Origin: an uncultured Polaribacter sp.
GTDB taxonomy: Bacteria; Bacteroidota; Bacteroidia; Flavobacteriales; Flavobacteriaceae
Reading direction: 5' to 3'
Assembly: GCF_947500975.1 (NCBI RefSeq)
Contig: NZ_CANMUE010000008.1
Location: 16,690-80,689, forward strand
DNA: 64,000 bases
This document shows positions 38,981 to 49,499 of the stretch, one piece after another (the first letter of the stretch is position 1; each line of letters starts with the position of its first letter). A program made the position numbers and the translations under genes. Below the pieces are notes generated by a model. The model ran no database searches and had not been told where the DNA came from. It worked only from the letters and a program-made list of their open reading frames with translations.

Positions 38981-39544
38981 TTGTTAAGTAGAATAAATTT
39001 TTTAAAAGAAGCTATTAAAAACCTTAAAACATTGGGTACAATTACACCCAGTTCAAGGTTTTTATCAAAGAAAATGCTAAAAGGAATTAATTTTTCTGAA
39101 GCTGATGTTTTAGTAGAGCTTGGCCCCGGTAATGGGGCAATTACAAAGTATATTTTAGAAAAATTATCGCCAAAGGCTATTTTAATTTGCTTTGAAATTA
39201 ATGATAGTTTTTACAATCAATTACAAGATTTACAACACCCACAATTAGTTATATTAAAAAAATCTGCTGAAAATATAGAAGAAGAGTTAAAAAAATTAAA
39301 ATTACATAAGGCAAACCATATTATTTCTAGTGTACCACTTACAATTATTCCTGATGAAATTTCAGCAAAAATTTTACAAGAATCTTATAAAACATTAAAT
39401 ATTAATGGTACTTTTATTCAGTATCAGTATAGTTTAACCTACTTTAAAAAACTTAAAAATGTTTTTAAAGATTCTATTTCTTTAGGTTTTGAGCCATTAA
39501 ATATACCTCCGGCATTTATTTATCGCTGTAAAAAAGTCGAGTAA
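38981..39544 (+). CDS. Class I SAM methyltransferase, PmtA (phospholipid N-methyltransferase)-like
   Basis: G.I.PSS.FL...M, VELGPGNGAIT, IISSVP, FIQYQY, NIPPA; TTG start. Confidence 0.8.
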   Translation: MLSRINFLKEAIKNLKTLGTITPSSRFLSKKMLKGINFSEADVLVELGPGNGAITKYILEKLSPKAILICFEINDSFYNQLQDLQHPQLVILKKSAENIEEELKKLKLHKANHIISSVPLTIIPDEISAKILQESYKTLNINGTFIQYQYSLTYFKKLKNVFKDSISLGFEPLNIPPAFIYRCKKVE

Positions 39545-39573
39545 ATTTTTCTTGAAAAACTTGTGTAAACGTG

Positions 39574-39581
39574 TATCTTTG
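39574..39581 (+). promoter_or_regulatory. -7 element for glyQS
   Basis: TATCTTTG 8 bp upstream of the ATG, implying a very short leader. Confidence 0.6.
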
Positions 39582-39589
39582 CGCTCATT

Positions 39590-41131
39590 ATGGCAAAACA
39601 AGAAGATCAGTTTAAAAAAGTTTTATCGCACGCAAAAGAATATGGTTATGTTTTTCAGTCTTCTGAAATTTATGATGGATTAAGTGCGGTTTACGATTAT
39701 GCTCAAAATGGAGTTGAGCTAAAGAAAAATATAAGAGATTATTGGTGGAAAGCAATGGTGCAAATGCACGAAAACATTGTAGGTATAGATGCTGCAATTT
39801 TAATGCACCCTACAACCTGGAAAGCTTCTGGACATGTAGATGCTTTTAATGACCCGTTAATAGATAATAAAGATTCTAAAAAACGTTACAGAGCTGATGT
39901 TTTAGTTGAAGACTTTAGAGAGAAAATAAATCAGAAAATAGAAAAAGATATTACCAAAGCAAAAAAACGTTTTGGAGAATCTTTTAATGAAGAAGAGTTT
40001 AGAGCTACTAATCAAAATGTAATTCGTCGTCAAAAACAAATGGACGAAATTACTGTTGAATTAACAAGGGTTCAAGAAGAAAGTGATTTAGAAGGTTTTA
40101 GACAGTTAATTATAGATTTAGGAATTAATTGCCCAGTTTCTGGATCTAATAATTGGACGGAAGTAAAGCAATTTAATTTAATGTTTGGTACTAAAATTGG
40201 TGCCTCAGCAGAAAACTCTACTCAAGTTTATTTAAGACCAGAAACAGCGCAAGGTATTTTTGTAAATTTCTTAAATGTTCAAAAAACCGGACGTATGAAA
40301 ATTCCTTTCGGAATTGCGCAAACGGGTAAAGCTTTTAGAAACGAAATTGTTGCAAGACAATTTATTTTTAGAATGCGTGAATTTGAACAAATGGAAATGC
40401 AATTTTTTGTAAAACCAGGAACTCAAAAAGAATGGTATAAAGAATGGAAAGAAACGCGTTTAAAATGGCATTTATCTTTAGGAATGGGTGCAGAAAATTA
40501 CCGTTTTCATGACCATGATAAATTAGCACATTATGCAGATGCAGCAGCAGATATTGAGTTTAATTTTCCTTTCGGATTTAAAGAATTAGAAGGAATACAC
40601 TCAAGAACTGATTTCGATTTAAAAGCTCATGAAGAATATTCTGGTAAAAAGTTACAATACTTTGATCATGAAGAAAACAAAAGTTATGTGCCTTATGTTG
40701 TAGAAACTTCTATAGGTTTAGATAGAATGTTTTTGGCCGTTTTTTCTAATTCTTTACAAGAAGAAGCTTTAGAAAACGGAACTACAAGAACTGTTTTAAA
40801 ATTACCAGCAGTTTTAGCACCTTTTAAAGCAGCTATTTTCCCTTTAGTTAAAAAAGATGGTTTGCCTGAAGTTGCTCGTAAAATTATGGATGACTTAAAA
40901 TGGGATTTCAACGTTTTTTATGATGAAAAAGATGCAGTAGGTAAACGTTATAGAAGGCAAGATGCAGCTGGTACACCTTTTTGTATTACCGTAGATCATG
41001 ATACTTTAAAAGATAATTCTGTAACAATAAGACATAGAGACACAATGGAACAAAAACGTGTTGCAATTGCAGATTTAAAACAAATTATAAAAGATGCGGT
41101 TGATGTAAAAACGTGGTTGCAAAAAATGTAA
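39590..41131 (+). CDS. glyQS: Glycine--tRNA ligase (homodimeric type)
   Basis: SGHVDAF.DP, LRPETAQGIF, FRNEI, REFEQME, ETSIGLDR; anticodon domain IGKRYRR-like (VGKRYRRQD). Confidence 0.97.
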   Translation: MAKQEDQFKKVLSHAKEYGYVFQSSEIYDGLSAVYDYAQNGVELKKNIRDYWWKAMVQMHENIVGIDAAILMHPTTWKASGHVDAFNDPLIDNKDSKKRYRADVLVEDFREKINQKIEKDITKAKKRFGESFNEEEFRATNQNVIRRQKQMDEITVELTRVQEESDLEGFRQLIIDLGINCPVSGSNNWTEVKQFNLMFGTKIGASAENSTQVYLRPETAQGIFVNFLNVQKTGRMKIPFGIAQTGKAFRNEIVARQFIFRMREFEQMEMQFFVKPGTQKEWYKEWKETRLKWHLSLGMGAENYRFHDHDKLAHYADAAADIEFNFPFGFKELEGIHSRTDFDLKAHEEYSGKKLQYFDHEENKSYVPYVVETSIGLDRMFLAVFSNSLQEEALENGTTRTVLKLPAVLAPFKAAIFPLVKKDGLPEVARKIMDDLKWDFNVFYDEKDAVGKRYRRQDAAGTPFCITVDHDTLKDNSVTIRHRDTMEQKRVAIADLKQIIKDAVDVKTWLQKM

Positions 41132-41147
41132 ACAAACCTTATTTTAT

Positions 41148-41179
41148 AAAAAATCCTCATCAAATGATGAGGATTTTTT
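41148..41179. terminator. Bidirectional terminator
   Basis: AAAAAATCCTCATC-aaat-GATGAGGATTTTTT. Confidence 0.88.
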
Positions 41180-41209
41180 ATATATTTTTTTGAGGTAAAA
41201 AAATTACCC

Positions 41210-41518
41210 TTACATATGTTTATCAACATCGCCCCAAGGACCACCGTTAATTACATCTACTCCGTGATTTGTTAAAAACTGTGTTGCTTGTCCACTTCTA
41301 GCTCCACTTCTACAAACGGCAATTACAGGCTTATTCCAAGATTTTATTTCATCAATATTTAAAGGAATAACATTTAAAACTATATGCTTAGCTCCTTCTG
41401 TATGACCTTCATTCCATTCCTCAATAGTTCTAACATCTAAAACAACTGCTCCTTTTTTTAAATATTCTTTTATTTCGTTATCCATATTTTTTCTTTTAAA
41501 CAAGTTAAACAACCTCAA
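41210..41518 (-). CDS. Rhodanese-like domain protein
   Basis: LDVRT..EW..GH, CRSGARS; start is TTG 41518 or ATG 41485. Confidence 0.9.
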   Translation of the reverse strand: MRLFNLFKRKNMDNEIKEYLKKGAVVLDVRTIEEWNEGHTEGAKHIVLNVIPLNIDEIKSWNKPVIAVCRSGARSGQATQFLTNHGVDVINGGPWGDVDKHM

Positions 41519-43273
41519 CTAACTTTCATAATTTTTACATAAAGCTAATCCGTTTGAAATTAACTTTTTGAAATTACTATTTTCTTGTAATTTTTTCAAA
41601 TGTAAAATAATTTCTTCTTTAATGGAAAAATTATGTTGCAAAGCTAATTCATAGATTTCTAAATTAAGCAACCAATCTAAAGGAAATTTAATTTTTAACT
41701 GATTAAATATTTCTGTTATTTTTTGTTCGGTTGATAAATTTTCTTCGCGCATTTCTCTTACTTGGTCGTATAAAATGTATAAATCTTTCTCAGATTTGGA
41801 ATAAGATATCTTACTTGTTTTTGTATCAGAAACTTTGCCCAAATTATTAAAAGAATCTACATCTGCTGGACCGGAATATGCTGAAATTACTTCTTTACCA
41901 ATTGCCATATCATAAATACCCCACTCTGGCTTAAATAGTATTTGATTATCATAAGTAACAGTACATTCATCTAAAGAAATAATTAAAATTTTACCTCTTA
42001 AATCTCTAGTACCAGTAATTGCTTTTCCTTTTACTACTACTCCACTTTCAAATTCTAATGTCATAAATTCACCTTCGTAAATTCCATAAGCTTTTAAATC
42101 TCTAGGACTCATATCTTCAATTGGTAAATTAATGCCTTTTAATTTTCCAACTGGACATCCAAAACCATCAGCATGACTGGTTATTCCATGACCAATTAAT
42201 TCTTTATCTCTATTAGACAAAGCTGTTGCACCAGTAGTTTGTAAGTAAGCAACTTTGTTATTTTTAAACTGAATTACTTTGGTAAAAACACCCGAAATTT
42301 GAATTCCTGTTGTTAACTCTACCGTTCCTAAATTTTTAGAATTTATTAATTTTTGAACTCCTTTAAGTCCTCCAGTTCTTAGAGCCATTGTTTTTGCAAA
42401 TTCATCTAAAACCAAACTTAAATAAGCAAAATCTGGCGTAACAAACAATTGAGGCTGAGGCTTTGTAATATCAAAACTAATATTTGCAGCTTCAATAGAA
42501 TAAGGCACTTTTTTTACTTCATCTTTCATACACCAAGCACTTTCTCCAATTGATGATAATAATCCTGCTCCATAAATTTTAGGGTTATCAACAGTACCTA
42601 TTAAACCATATTCAACGGTCCACCAATGCAAGTTTCTAATTTGAGACATTTCAGACAACTCACCCATATTGTTTTGCAACCACTCTACTTTTTCTTGAGC
42701 ATTATCAATATCTTTTTGATTTGAATTAGGATCTTCTTTTAAAATGGATAAAAGCCTAATTGCTTCATACATTTCATAATCTTTTTCTGATGAAATAGCC
42801 TTACTTCCTATTTCTCCAAAACGTCTTAAATATTCTGCATACTCTGGGTTTGCAATTATAGGTGCATGACCAGCAGCTTCGTGAATAATATCTGGCGCTG
42901 GTGTATATTCTATATGATTTATAGTTCTCATATCCGAAGCAATTACCAACACGTTATATGCTTGAAACTCCATAAAAGCATTTGGTGGAATAAAACCATC
43001 TACAGAAACTGCAGCCCAACCAAGTTCTTTTAAAATTCTATTCATACCTTCCATATGAGGAATACTTTCTGAAGAAATTCCTGTTTTTTGTAAACCTGGA
43101 ATGTATGATTTATGAGCAACCTTACTTAAATAATCAATATTCATTCTCATTACATACCTCCAAACTGCTTGATTTTGAGAAGTATATTCATTGTAAGGCT
43201 GTTTTACTATAAATTTATGTAAATGTTTTGGTAACTTTTTAGTTACAGAGTTCATTTCAAAATGCATATCCAT
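41519..43273 (-). CDS. phhA: Aromatic amino acid hydroxylase (phenylalanine 4-monooxygenase, long form)
   Basis: PAPDIIHEAAGH, WWTVEYGL, YGAGLLSS.GE; about 300-aa C-terminal extension. Confidence 0.9.
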   Translation of the reverse strand: MDMHFEMNSVTKKLPKHLHKFIVKQPYNEYTSQNQAVWRYVMRMNIDYLSKVAHKSYIPGLQKTGISSESIPHMEGMNRILKELGWAAVSVDGFIPPNAFMEFQAYNVLVIASDMRTINHIEYTPAPDIIHEAAGHAPIIANPEYAEYLRRFGEIGSKAISSEKDYEMYEAIRLLSILKEDPNSNQKDIDNAQEKVEWLQNNMGELSEMSQIRNLHWWTVEYGLIGTVDNPKIYGAGLLSSIGESAWCMKDEVKKVPYSIEAANISFDITKPQPQLFVTPDFAYLSLVLDEFAKTMALRTGGLKGVQKLINSKNLGTVELTTGIQISGVFTKVIQFKNNKVAYLQTTGATALSNRDKELIGHGITSHADGFGCPVGKLKGINLPIEDMSPRDLKAYGIYEGEFMTLEFESGVVVKGKAITGTRDLRGKILIISLDECTVTYDNQILFKPEWGIYDMAIGKEVISAYSGPADVDSFNNLGKVSDTKTSKISYSKSEKDLYILYDQVREMREENLSTEQKITEIFNQLKIKFPLDWLLNLEIYELALQHNFSIKEEIILHLKKLQENSNFKKLISNGLALCKNYES

Positions 43274-43419
43274 TAAATAATTAATAAAATTTACATTGTA
43301 AAATTACGAATTTTACAATTAAAGTATTTTTTTTTAACATTAAAAATTAATCTAATAATATAAATAAAAAACATTGTAACATTTATTGGTTTTCAGCTAC
43401 TAATAGTTAAACACTTATT

Positions 43420-43687
43420 ATGGCTGGAGAAGGATTTATTGCACACATGATTGCTAGTTTAAAAGCTAACAAAAGAAATCGTGCCTCTACTTTTGAAAGA
43501 ATAAAGGATTTCAAAGGTAAAGAGTAAAATTAAAGTTCATTTTAATAAAAAAGCCACTCCCAAACAACTCAAGGAAATTAGAGAAAAATTGCAATCTGAA
43601 AACAAAAAATCTTTACAAACAAAAATTGTTCTTATGCTTATTTTTATAACTGTAATGATTTACGTTATCGGTTTCGTAAAATTTTAA
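43420..43687 (+). pseudogene. Frameshifted small protein with C-terminal TM anchor (absent from the ORF track)
   Basis: MAGEGFIAHMIASLKANKRNRASTFERIKDFKGKE* (stop 43525-43527); the +1 frame continues SKIKVHFNKKATPKQLKEIREKLQSENKK...IVLMLIFITVMIYVIGFVKF* to 43687. Confidence 0.65.
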
Positions 43688-43733
43688 AAATATTTTTAAA
43701 ATCTTTCTTATTTTTACTGCTTAAAATACAATA

Positions 43734-45251
43734 ATGAACAAGAAAGTTATCTTAATGATTTTGGATGGATGGGGAATTACCCAAGACCCTAAAGTATCAG
43801 CAGTTTACAATGCTAAAACACCTTTTATAAATTCTTTATATGACAAATATCCTCATGCTGAATTGAGAACTGATGGAGAGCATGTTGGTTTACCGGAAGG
43901 ACAAATGGGAAATTCTGAAGTTGGGCATATGAATTTAGGTGCCGGTAGAATTGTATACCAAAATTTAGCAAGAATTAACAAAGCCGTCAAGGAAAAAACG
44001 TTAGGGCAAGAAAAAGTACTGTTAGATACTTTTAAATATGCTAAAGAAAACAATAAAAATGTTCATTTATTAGGTTTGGTTTCTAATGGTGGAATTCATG
44101 CGCACATCAATCATTTAAAAGGATTATTAGATGTTGCTACAGAAAATAAAGTTGATAATGTATTCTTACATGCTTTTACTGATGGACGTGATTGCGACCC
44201 AAAATCGGGCACATATTTTATCAACGAAGTTCAAGAATACATGAAAGAATCTACTGGCGAATTAGCAACCATAACAGGTCGTTATTATGCTATGGATAGA
44301 GATAATAGATGGGAACGTGTTAAGGAAGCTTATGATGGCGTTGTAAATGCTATTGGAACAAAAACCACAGATGCAATTGCAACAATGAATGCCAATTATG
44401 AAGCTGGTTTAACAGATGAATTTCACAAACCAATCATTATTACTAATGAAGATGGATCACCAAAAACACAAATAAAAGATGGTGATGTAGTTTTATTTTT
44501 TAATTACAGAACAGATAGAGGAAGAGAATTAACAAATGCTTTATCTCAAAATGATTTTCCAGAATTTGGAATGAAAAAATTAGACTTATATTATACAACA
44601 ATGACTTTGTATGATGAATCTTTTAAAGGGATTAATGTTATTTATAATAGTGATAATATTAAAAATACTTTAGGTGAAGTTTTATCAGCAGCCGGTAAAA
44701 AACAAATAAGAATTGCTGAAACAGAAAAATACCCACATGTAACTTTTTTCTTTTCTGGAGGTCAAGAAGCTCCATTTGAAGGCGAATCTCGTATTTTAAG
44801 AAACTCGCCAAAAGTTGCTACGTATGATTTAAAACCAGAAATGTCTGCATACGAATTAAAAGATGCTTTGTGTGAAGATTTACAAAAAGGCGAAGCAGAT
44901 TTTGTGTGTTTAAACTTTGCAAATGGAGATATGGTTGGTCATACAGGTATTATGGAAGCTGCAATAAAAGCTTGTGAAACTGTAGATATTTGTGCCAAAG
45001 AAGTAATTGAAACAGGATTAGCAAATGGCTATTCTACTTTATTAATTGCTGATCATGGAAATTGTGAAACTATGATGAACCCTGATGGGTCTCCTCATAC
45101 GGCGCACACCACAAACCCTGTTCCATTTATTTTAATTGATGATAAAATAAAATCAATAAAAAGTGGTATTTTAGGCGATATTGCTCCTACAATTTTAGAT
45201 TTACTTGGAGTAGAACAACCATTAGAAATGACACAAAAATCACTTTTATAA
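43734..45251 (+). CDS. gpmI: 2,3-bisphosphoglycerate-independent phosphoglycerate mutase
   Basis: ILDGWG, GNSEVGH, GRYYAMDRD, ETEKYPHVT, ADHGN, AHT. Confidence 0.98.
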   Translation: MNKKVILMILDGWGITQDPKVSAVYNAKTPFINSLYDKYPHAELRTDGEHVGLPEGQMGNSEVGHMNLGAGRIVYQNLARINKAVKEKTLGQEKVLLDTFKYAKENNKNVHLLGLVSNGGIHAHINHLKGLLDVATENKVDNVFLHAFTDGRDCDPKSGTYFINEVQEYMKESTGELATITGRYYAMDRDNRWERVKEAYDGVVNAIGTKTTDAIATMNANYEAGLTDEFHKPIIITNEDGSPKTQIKDGDVVLFFNYRTDRGRELTNALSQNDFPEFGMKKLDLYYTTMTLYDESFKGINVIYNSDNIKNTLGEVLSAAGKKQIRIAETEKYPHVTFFFSGGQEAPFEGESRILRNSPKVATYDLKPEMSAYELKDALCEDLQKGEADFVCLNFANGDMVGHTGIMEAAIKACETVDICAKEVIETGLANGYSTLLIADHGNCETMMNPDGSPHTAHTTNPVPFILIDDKIKSIKSGILGDIAPTILDLLGVEQPLEMTQKSLL

Positions 45252-45253
45252 TT

Positions 45254-45859
45254 ATGAAAAATTTTACAATCTTATTACTTACCATAATTTTTACAGCATG
45301 TAGTGCCAATAAAAAAATTATAGAATCAGAAAAACAAATTCAAGAGCCAGTTATTGATAAGGTTGAGATGAAAGTTGAAGAGAAGGTTATAAAAGTAACT
45401 GCAAAAAAAGATGCAAGCGGTCATTTAAGTGGTATTGCAAATAAACAGTCTTTTGCAGACCCTTCTTTTAAACCTTGGTTTGACAGCAAATACAATACTT
45501 ATATTACCGATAAAGAAACAATAAGCAAATTAACAGAAGCTTTAAAAGGTTATACTATAAAAGGTTTTATGGGAACTTGGTGTGGAGATAGTAAAAGAGG
45601 AGTGCCACGTTTTTATAAAATTTTAGATCAAACCGGTTTTGATCAAAATAATTTTGAACTTATTACTGTTGGAAGAAATAAAAAAACTCCAGACAATCTT
45701 CAAGAAGGTTTTAATCTTATAAGAGTACCTACTTTTATCTTTTTTAAAAATGGTAAAGAAGTTGGACGTTATGTAGAAAGACCTAGAGAAACTCTAGAAA
45801 AAGATATTTTGAAAATTGTAACAAATCAACCATATAAACATTCTTACGATAAAAGTTAA
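45254..45859 (+). CDS. Thioredoxin-family lipoprotein
   Basis: Lipobox FTAC; GTWCGDS (CxxS), RVPTFIF. Confidence 0.85.
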   Translation: MKNFTILLLTIIFTACSANKKIIESEKQIQEPVIDKVEMKVEEKVIKVTAKKDASGHLSGIANKQSFADPSFKPWFDSKYNTYITDKETISKLTEALKGYTIKGFMGTWCGDSKRGVPRFYKILDQTGFDQNNFELITVGRNKKTPDNLQEGFNLIRVPTFIFFKNGKEVGRYVERPRETLEKDILKIVTNQPYKHSYDKS

Positions 45860-45931
45860 CATATTTCTTAGCGTTATAATTTTAAACTATTACTTTGAAA
45901 AGTACTAACTTTGCGTTTCAATTTTTATAAT

Positions 45932-46738
45932 ATGATTAAGATAAAAACTAGGGAAGAAATAGAAATTATGCGCGAGAGTGCATTAGTAGTTTCTAAAACA
46001 TTAGGTATGCTTGCCAAAGAGGTAAAACCTGGAGTTTCTACTTTATATTTAGATAAACTTGCTGAAGAATTTATTAGAGAACAAGGTGCAATTCCTGGTT
46101 TTTTGGGTTTATATGATTTTCCAAATACACTTTGTATGAGTCCAAACTCTCAAGTAGTGCACGGAATTCCTAATAAAGAACCTTTAAAAGAAGGAGAAAT
46201 AATTTCTATAGATTGTGGCGCATTAAAAAATGGTTTTTATGGCGATCATGCATATACATTTGCCGTAGGTGAAATTGATATTGAAACTCAAAAACTATTA
46301 GAAGTCACCAAAGAAAGTTTATATGTTGGTATAAGAGAATTTAAAGCTGGTAATAGGGTTGGCGATGTTGGTTTTGCGATTCAAAATTTTACAGAAAAAC
46401 ACGGATATGGTGTTGTTAGAGAATTAGTTGGTCATGGTTTAGGTCGTAAAATGCACGAAGATCCAGAGATGCCAAACTATGGAAAAAGAGGAAGAGGAAA
46501 AAAATTTGTAGAAGGAATGGTAGTTGCAATTGAGCCGATGACAAACTTAGGAACACACAAAATAAAACAACATTCAGATGGATGGACAATTACCACTTTA
46601 GATAATAAACCTTCAGCTCATTTTGAGCATGATGTTGCAATTGTTAACGGTAAACCAGAATTACTTTCTACATTTAAATATGTTAATGAAGCTTTAGGTA
46701 TTGTTACTGATATTGAAGATGAATTTAGAGCGAATTAA
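45932..46738 (+). CDS. map: Methionine aminopeptidase type I
   Basis: VHGIP, SIDCG, GDHAYT, GHGLG..MHE.P, AIEP, AHFEH; ATG 45932 lies downstream of promoter element TAACTTTG (45906-45913). Confidence 0.97.
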   Translation: MIKIKTREEIEIMRESALVVSKTLGMLAKEVKPGVSTLYLDKLAEEFIREQGAIPGFLGLYDFPNTLCMSPNSQVVHGIPNKEPLKEGEIISIDCGALKNGFYGDHAYTFAVGEIDIETQKLLEVTKESLYVGIREFKAGNRVGDVGFAIQNFTEKHGYGVVRELVGHGLGRKMHEDPEMPNYGKRGRGKKFVEGMVVAIEPMTNLGTHKIKQHSDGWTITTLDNKPSAHFEHDVAIVNGKPELLSTFKYVNEALGIVTDIEDEFRAN

Positions 46739-46741
46739 TAA

Positions 46742-47512
46742 GTGTCTCTTTTCAAATCCATATTAAATACAGTTCCAAGACCCTGGTTAATTAAAGTAAG
46801 TTATCTGGTACGTCCAATAATTGCTTTTTCTTTAAAAGGCGATAAATTTACTGATCCTATTGATGGAAAAAGCTTTCGAAAATTTTTACCGTATGGATAT
46901 GAAAAACAAAGAGAAAACGCACTTTCTCCATCAACATTATCTTTAGAAAGACATAGATTAATGTGGCTTTTTTTAAGAGATGAAACAACTTTTTTTACAT
47001 CCAAAAAAAAACTAAAAACATTACATATAGCACCTGAACAATGTTTTTTAGATATTTTTAGAAAACAGAAAAACCTAGAGTATATAACTTCAGATTTAGA
47101 GTCTCCAATTGCAGATGTAAAAGCAGATATTTGTAATTTACCATTTAAAGATAATGAGTTTGATGTGGTATTTTGCAATCATGTTTTAGAACACATTACT
47201 GATGATACAAAAGCAATGAAAGAATTGTTTAGAGTATTAAAAAAAGGTGGATTTGGTATTTTTCAAATTCCGCAAGATTTATCAAGAAAAACAACTTTTG
47301 AAGATAATACTATTACAGATAAAAAAGAACGTGCCAAAATATTTGGACAGTATGATCATGTAAGAATTTATGGTCAAGATTATTTTGATAAACTACGCTC
47401 TATAGGTTTTAAAGTTGATGAAATAGATTATACAAAAAAAATTATTCCAGAAGAATTAGAACGATTTTGTTTGATGAAGAATGAAATTCTTCCTGTATGT
47501 TATAAAACATAA
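46742..47512 (+). CDS. Class I SAM-dependent methyltransferase
   Basis: SLERHRL.WL, LHIAPE, DI..LPF.DN.FDV..CNHVLEH; GTG start. Confidence 0.88.
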   Translation: MSLFKSILNTVPRPWLIKVSYLVRPIIAFSLKGDKFTDPIDGKSFRKFLPYGYEKQRENALSPSTLSLERHRLMWLFLRDETTFFTSKKKLKTLHIAPEQCFLDIFRKQKNLEYITSDLESPIADVKADICNLPFKDNEFDVVFCNHVLEHITDDTKAMKELFRVLKKGGFGIFQIPQDLSRKTTFEDNTITDKKERAKIFGQYDHVRIYGQDYFDKLRSIGFKVDEIDYTKKIIPEELERFCLMKNEILPVCYKT

Positions 47513-47535
47513 ATTTACATATACAAAACACCAAC

Positions 47536-48519
47536 CTATTTGTAGCTATATGAAGAAAATTCTTTAAAATTTCCTTCAGCATCTAAATAATGAAGTATTG
47601 CTTCAATTTTTGAATTTGTTTTTAAAAACTCTTTTGTTTTTTCTAACCCCATTGCCATAAAAGCAGTTGCATAAGCATCTACATCTGCACAATCTAAATC
47701 TGCAATTACATAAACACTTAGCAAATTACTTTCTTTTGCAAAACCTGTTTTTGGATTTACAGTATGCACATACTTTTTGCCTTCATCTGTAATTCTAAAT
47801 TTTCTAAAATTACCTGAACCCGCTACAGACTTATTATTTAATTTAATTATTTTAGAAAGGCTTCGAGTTCCATTTGAGTTAGGATAATCAAGTCCAATAC
47901 TCCATAATTTACCTTGTTGATTTTGCCCTTTTGCTCTAATTTCTCCACCAATTTCAATCAAATAATTTGCTATTTTTTTACTTTCAAAAAAACGAGCTAT
48001 TACATCAATTCCAAAACCTTTTGCAATAGAATTAAATTCTAAATATACTTGTGGATCTTCTTTAACGATTTTTCTTTTTTGTAGAGAAACTTTATCTAAA
48101 CCAACAAATTGCATCAATTCTTTAACTTCCATCATAGTAAGATTCTTTTTCCTTTTTTTTGAGCCAAATCCGTATGCATTTACCAAATTTCCTACTGTTG
48201 GATCAAAATAACCGTCTGTTTCTTTAAAAATCTTTTTTGATTTATTAAAAACTTCCATAAAAAAATCATCAACAATTACAGTAGCATCTCCATTGTTAAT
48301 TTTAGAAATATCAGATGTAGGTATATAGGTTGATAAAGATTTATTTACCAAATAAAACAAACTATCAATCTGTTTTTGATAATTAATTTTTGTATCTAAA
48401 TAACTGATATTGTATGTAGTGCCAAAAACATTACCATTTAAATTTATTTTTTCTTTTTGGCAAGCACTAAAAAGAATTATAAATGTTATAAAAGTAAAAA
48501 AATTTCTATGTATCATCAA
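47536..48519 (-). CDS. apbE: FAD:protein FMN transferase
   Basis: Lipoprotein signal; G.VFGTTY, FDPTVG, SIAKGFGID, EIGGE, SGNFR, DAYATA. Confidence 0.93.
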   Translation of the reverse strand: MMIHRNFFTFITFIILFSACQKEKINLNGNVFGTTYNISYLDTKINYQKQIDSLFYLVNKSLSTYIPTSDISKINNGDATVIVDDFFMEVFNKSKKIFKETDGYFDPTVGNLVNAYGFGSKKRKKNLTMMEVKELMQFVGLDKVSLQKRKIVKEDPQVYLEFNSIAKGFGIDVIARFFESKKIANYLIEIGGEIRAKGQNQQGKLWSIGLDYPNSNGTRSLSKIIKLNNKSVAGSGNFRKFRITDEGKKYVHTVNPKTGFAKESNLLSVYVIADLDCADVDAYATAFMAMGLEKTKEFLKTNSKIEAILHYLDAEGNFKEFSSYSYK

Positions 48520-48627
48520 ATTGGTGAATTTTTAACAAAAATAGCACATAAAGTTTTCACAAATTATTGTTAAGTCTGTTTTTTTGTTAGGGATTTTGTT
48601 AAATTTGTTTACTTAAATGATTTTAAA

Positions 48628-49473
48628 ATGAAAAAAATATCAATAATACTATTAACAGCAATTACTTTAAGTTCTTGTGTTTCTAAAAAACAGTTTGTAG
48701 CTTTAGAAGCTGAGCATGCTCAAACAAAAGAAGAACTACTTGCTGTAAAAACGAATTTGCAAAAGTGTTTAATTGAAAGTGAAAAAGAATCTAGTAGGGC
48801 TTTTGCACTAACTGAACAAGTAAAATCTTTAAAAGATGATAAAAAAACAGCTTTAAAACAAGTTGAAAACTTAACTGTTTTAACACAATCTTCTTCTGAC
48901 AATATTAAAAATGTTATTTCTCAGTTAAGTGAAAAAGACAGATATATTAATGGTGTAAGAAAAGCAATGACTCAAAAAGACTCATTAAACTTGGCCATAA
49001 AATATCATTTAACAAAGAACTTAACGGACGGAATACAAGATAAAGATATAGAAGTAAATGTTGAAAAAACAGTTGTATTTATCTCTATTTCTGATAAATT
49101 ATTATTTAAAAGCGGAAGCTATAATGTAACTGAAAGCGCTTATACTGTTTTAGAAAAAATTGCAAAAGTAATTAACGATCAGCCTAAAATGGAAGTTATG
49201 ATAGAAGGACATACAGATCCTACTCCAATTAAAAGAAATCTTATACAAGACAACTGGGATTTATCTGCTTTAAGAGCAACTTCAATTACAAGAATTTTAC
49301 AGTATAAATTTAATGTACAACCAGAAAGGTTAATTGCTGCTGGTAGAAGTCAATATATACCTTTAGCACCAAATGATACAGCTGAAAATAAAGCTAAAAA
49401 TAGAAGAACAAAAATTATTATCATGCCTAAATTAAATCAATTCTTTGATTTGTTAGAGCAAGATGCTAAATAA
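48628..49473 (+). CDS. OmpA/MotB-family lipoprotein with coiled coil
   Basis: Lipobox LSSC; LLFKSGS, EGHTD, NWDLSALRA, NRRT. Confidence 0.92.
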   Translation: MKKISIILLTAITLSSCVSKKQFVALEAEHAQTKEELLAVKTNLQKCLIESEKESSRAFALTEQVKSLKDDKKTALKQVENLTVLTQSSSDNIKNVISQLSEKDRYINGVRKAMTQKDSLNLAIKYHLTKNLTDGIQDKDIEVNVEKTVVFISISDKLLFKSGSYNVTESAYTVLEKIAKVINDQPKMEVMIEGHTDPTPIKRNLIQDNWDLSALRATSITRILQYKFNVQPERLIAAGRSQYIPLAPNDTAENKAKNRRTKIIIMPKLNQFFDLLEQDAK

Positions 49474-49499
49474 TTTTTTTCAAGAGATTACTTAAAATT

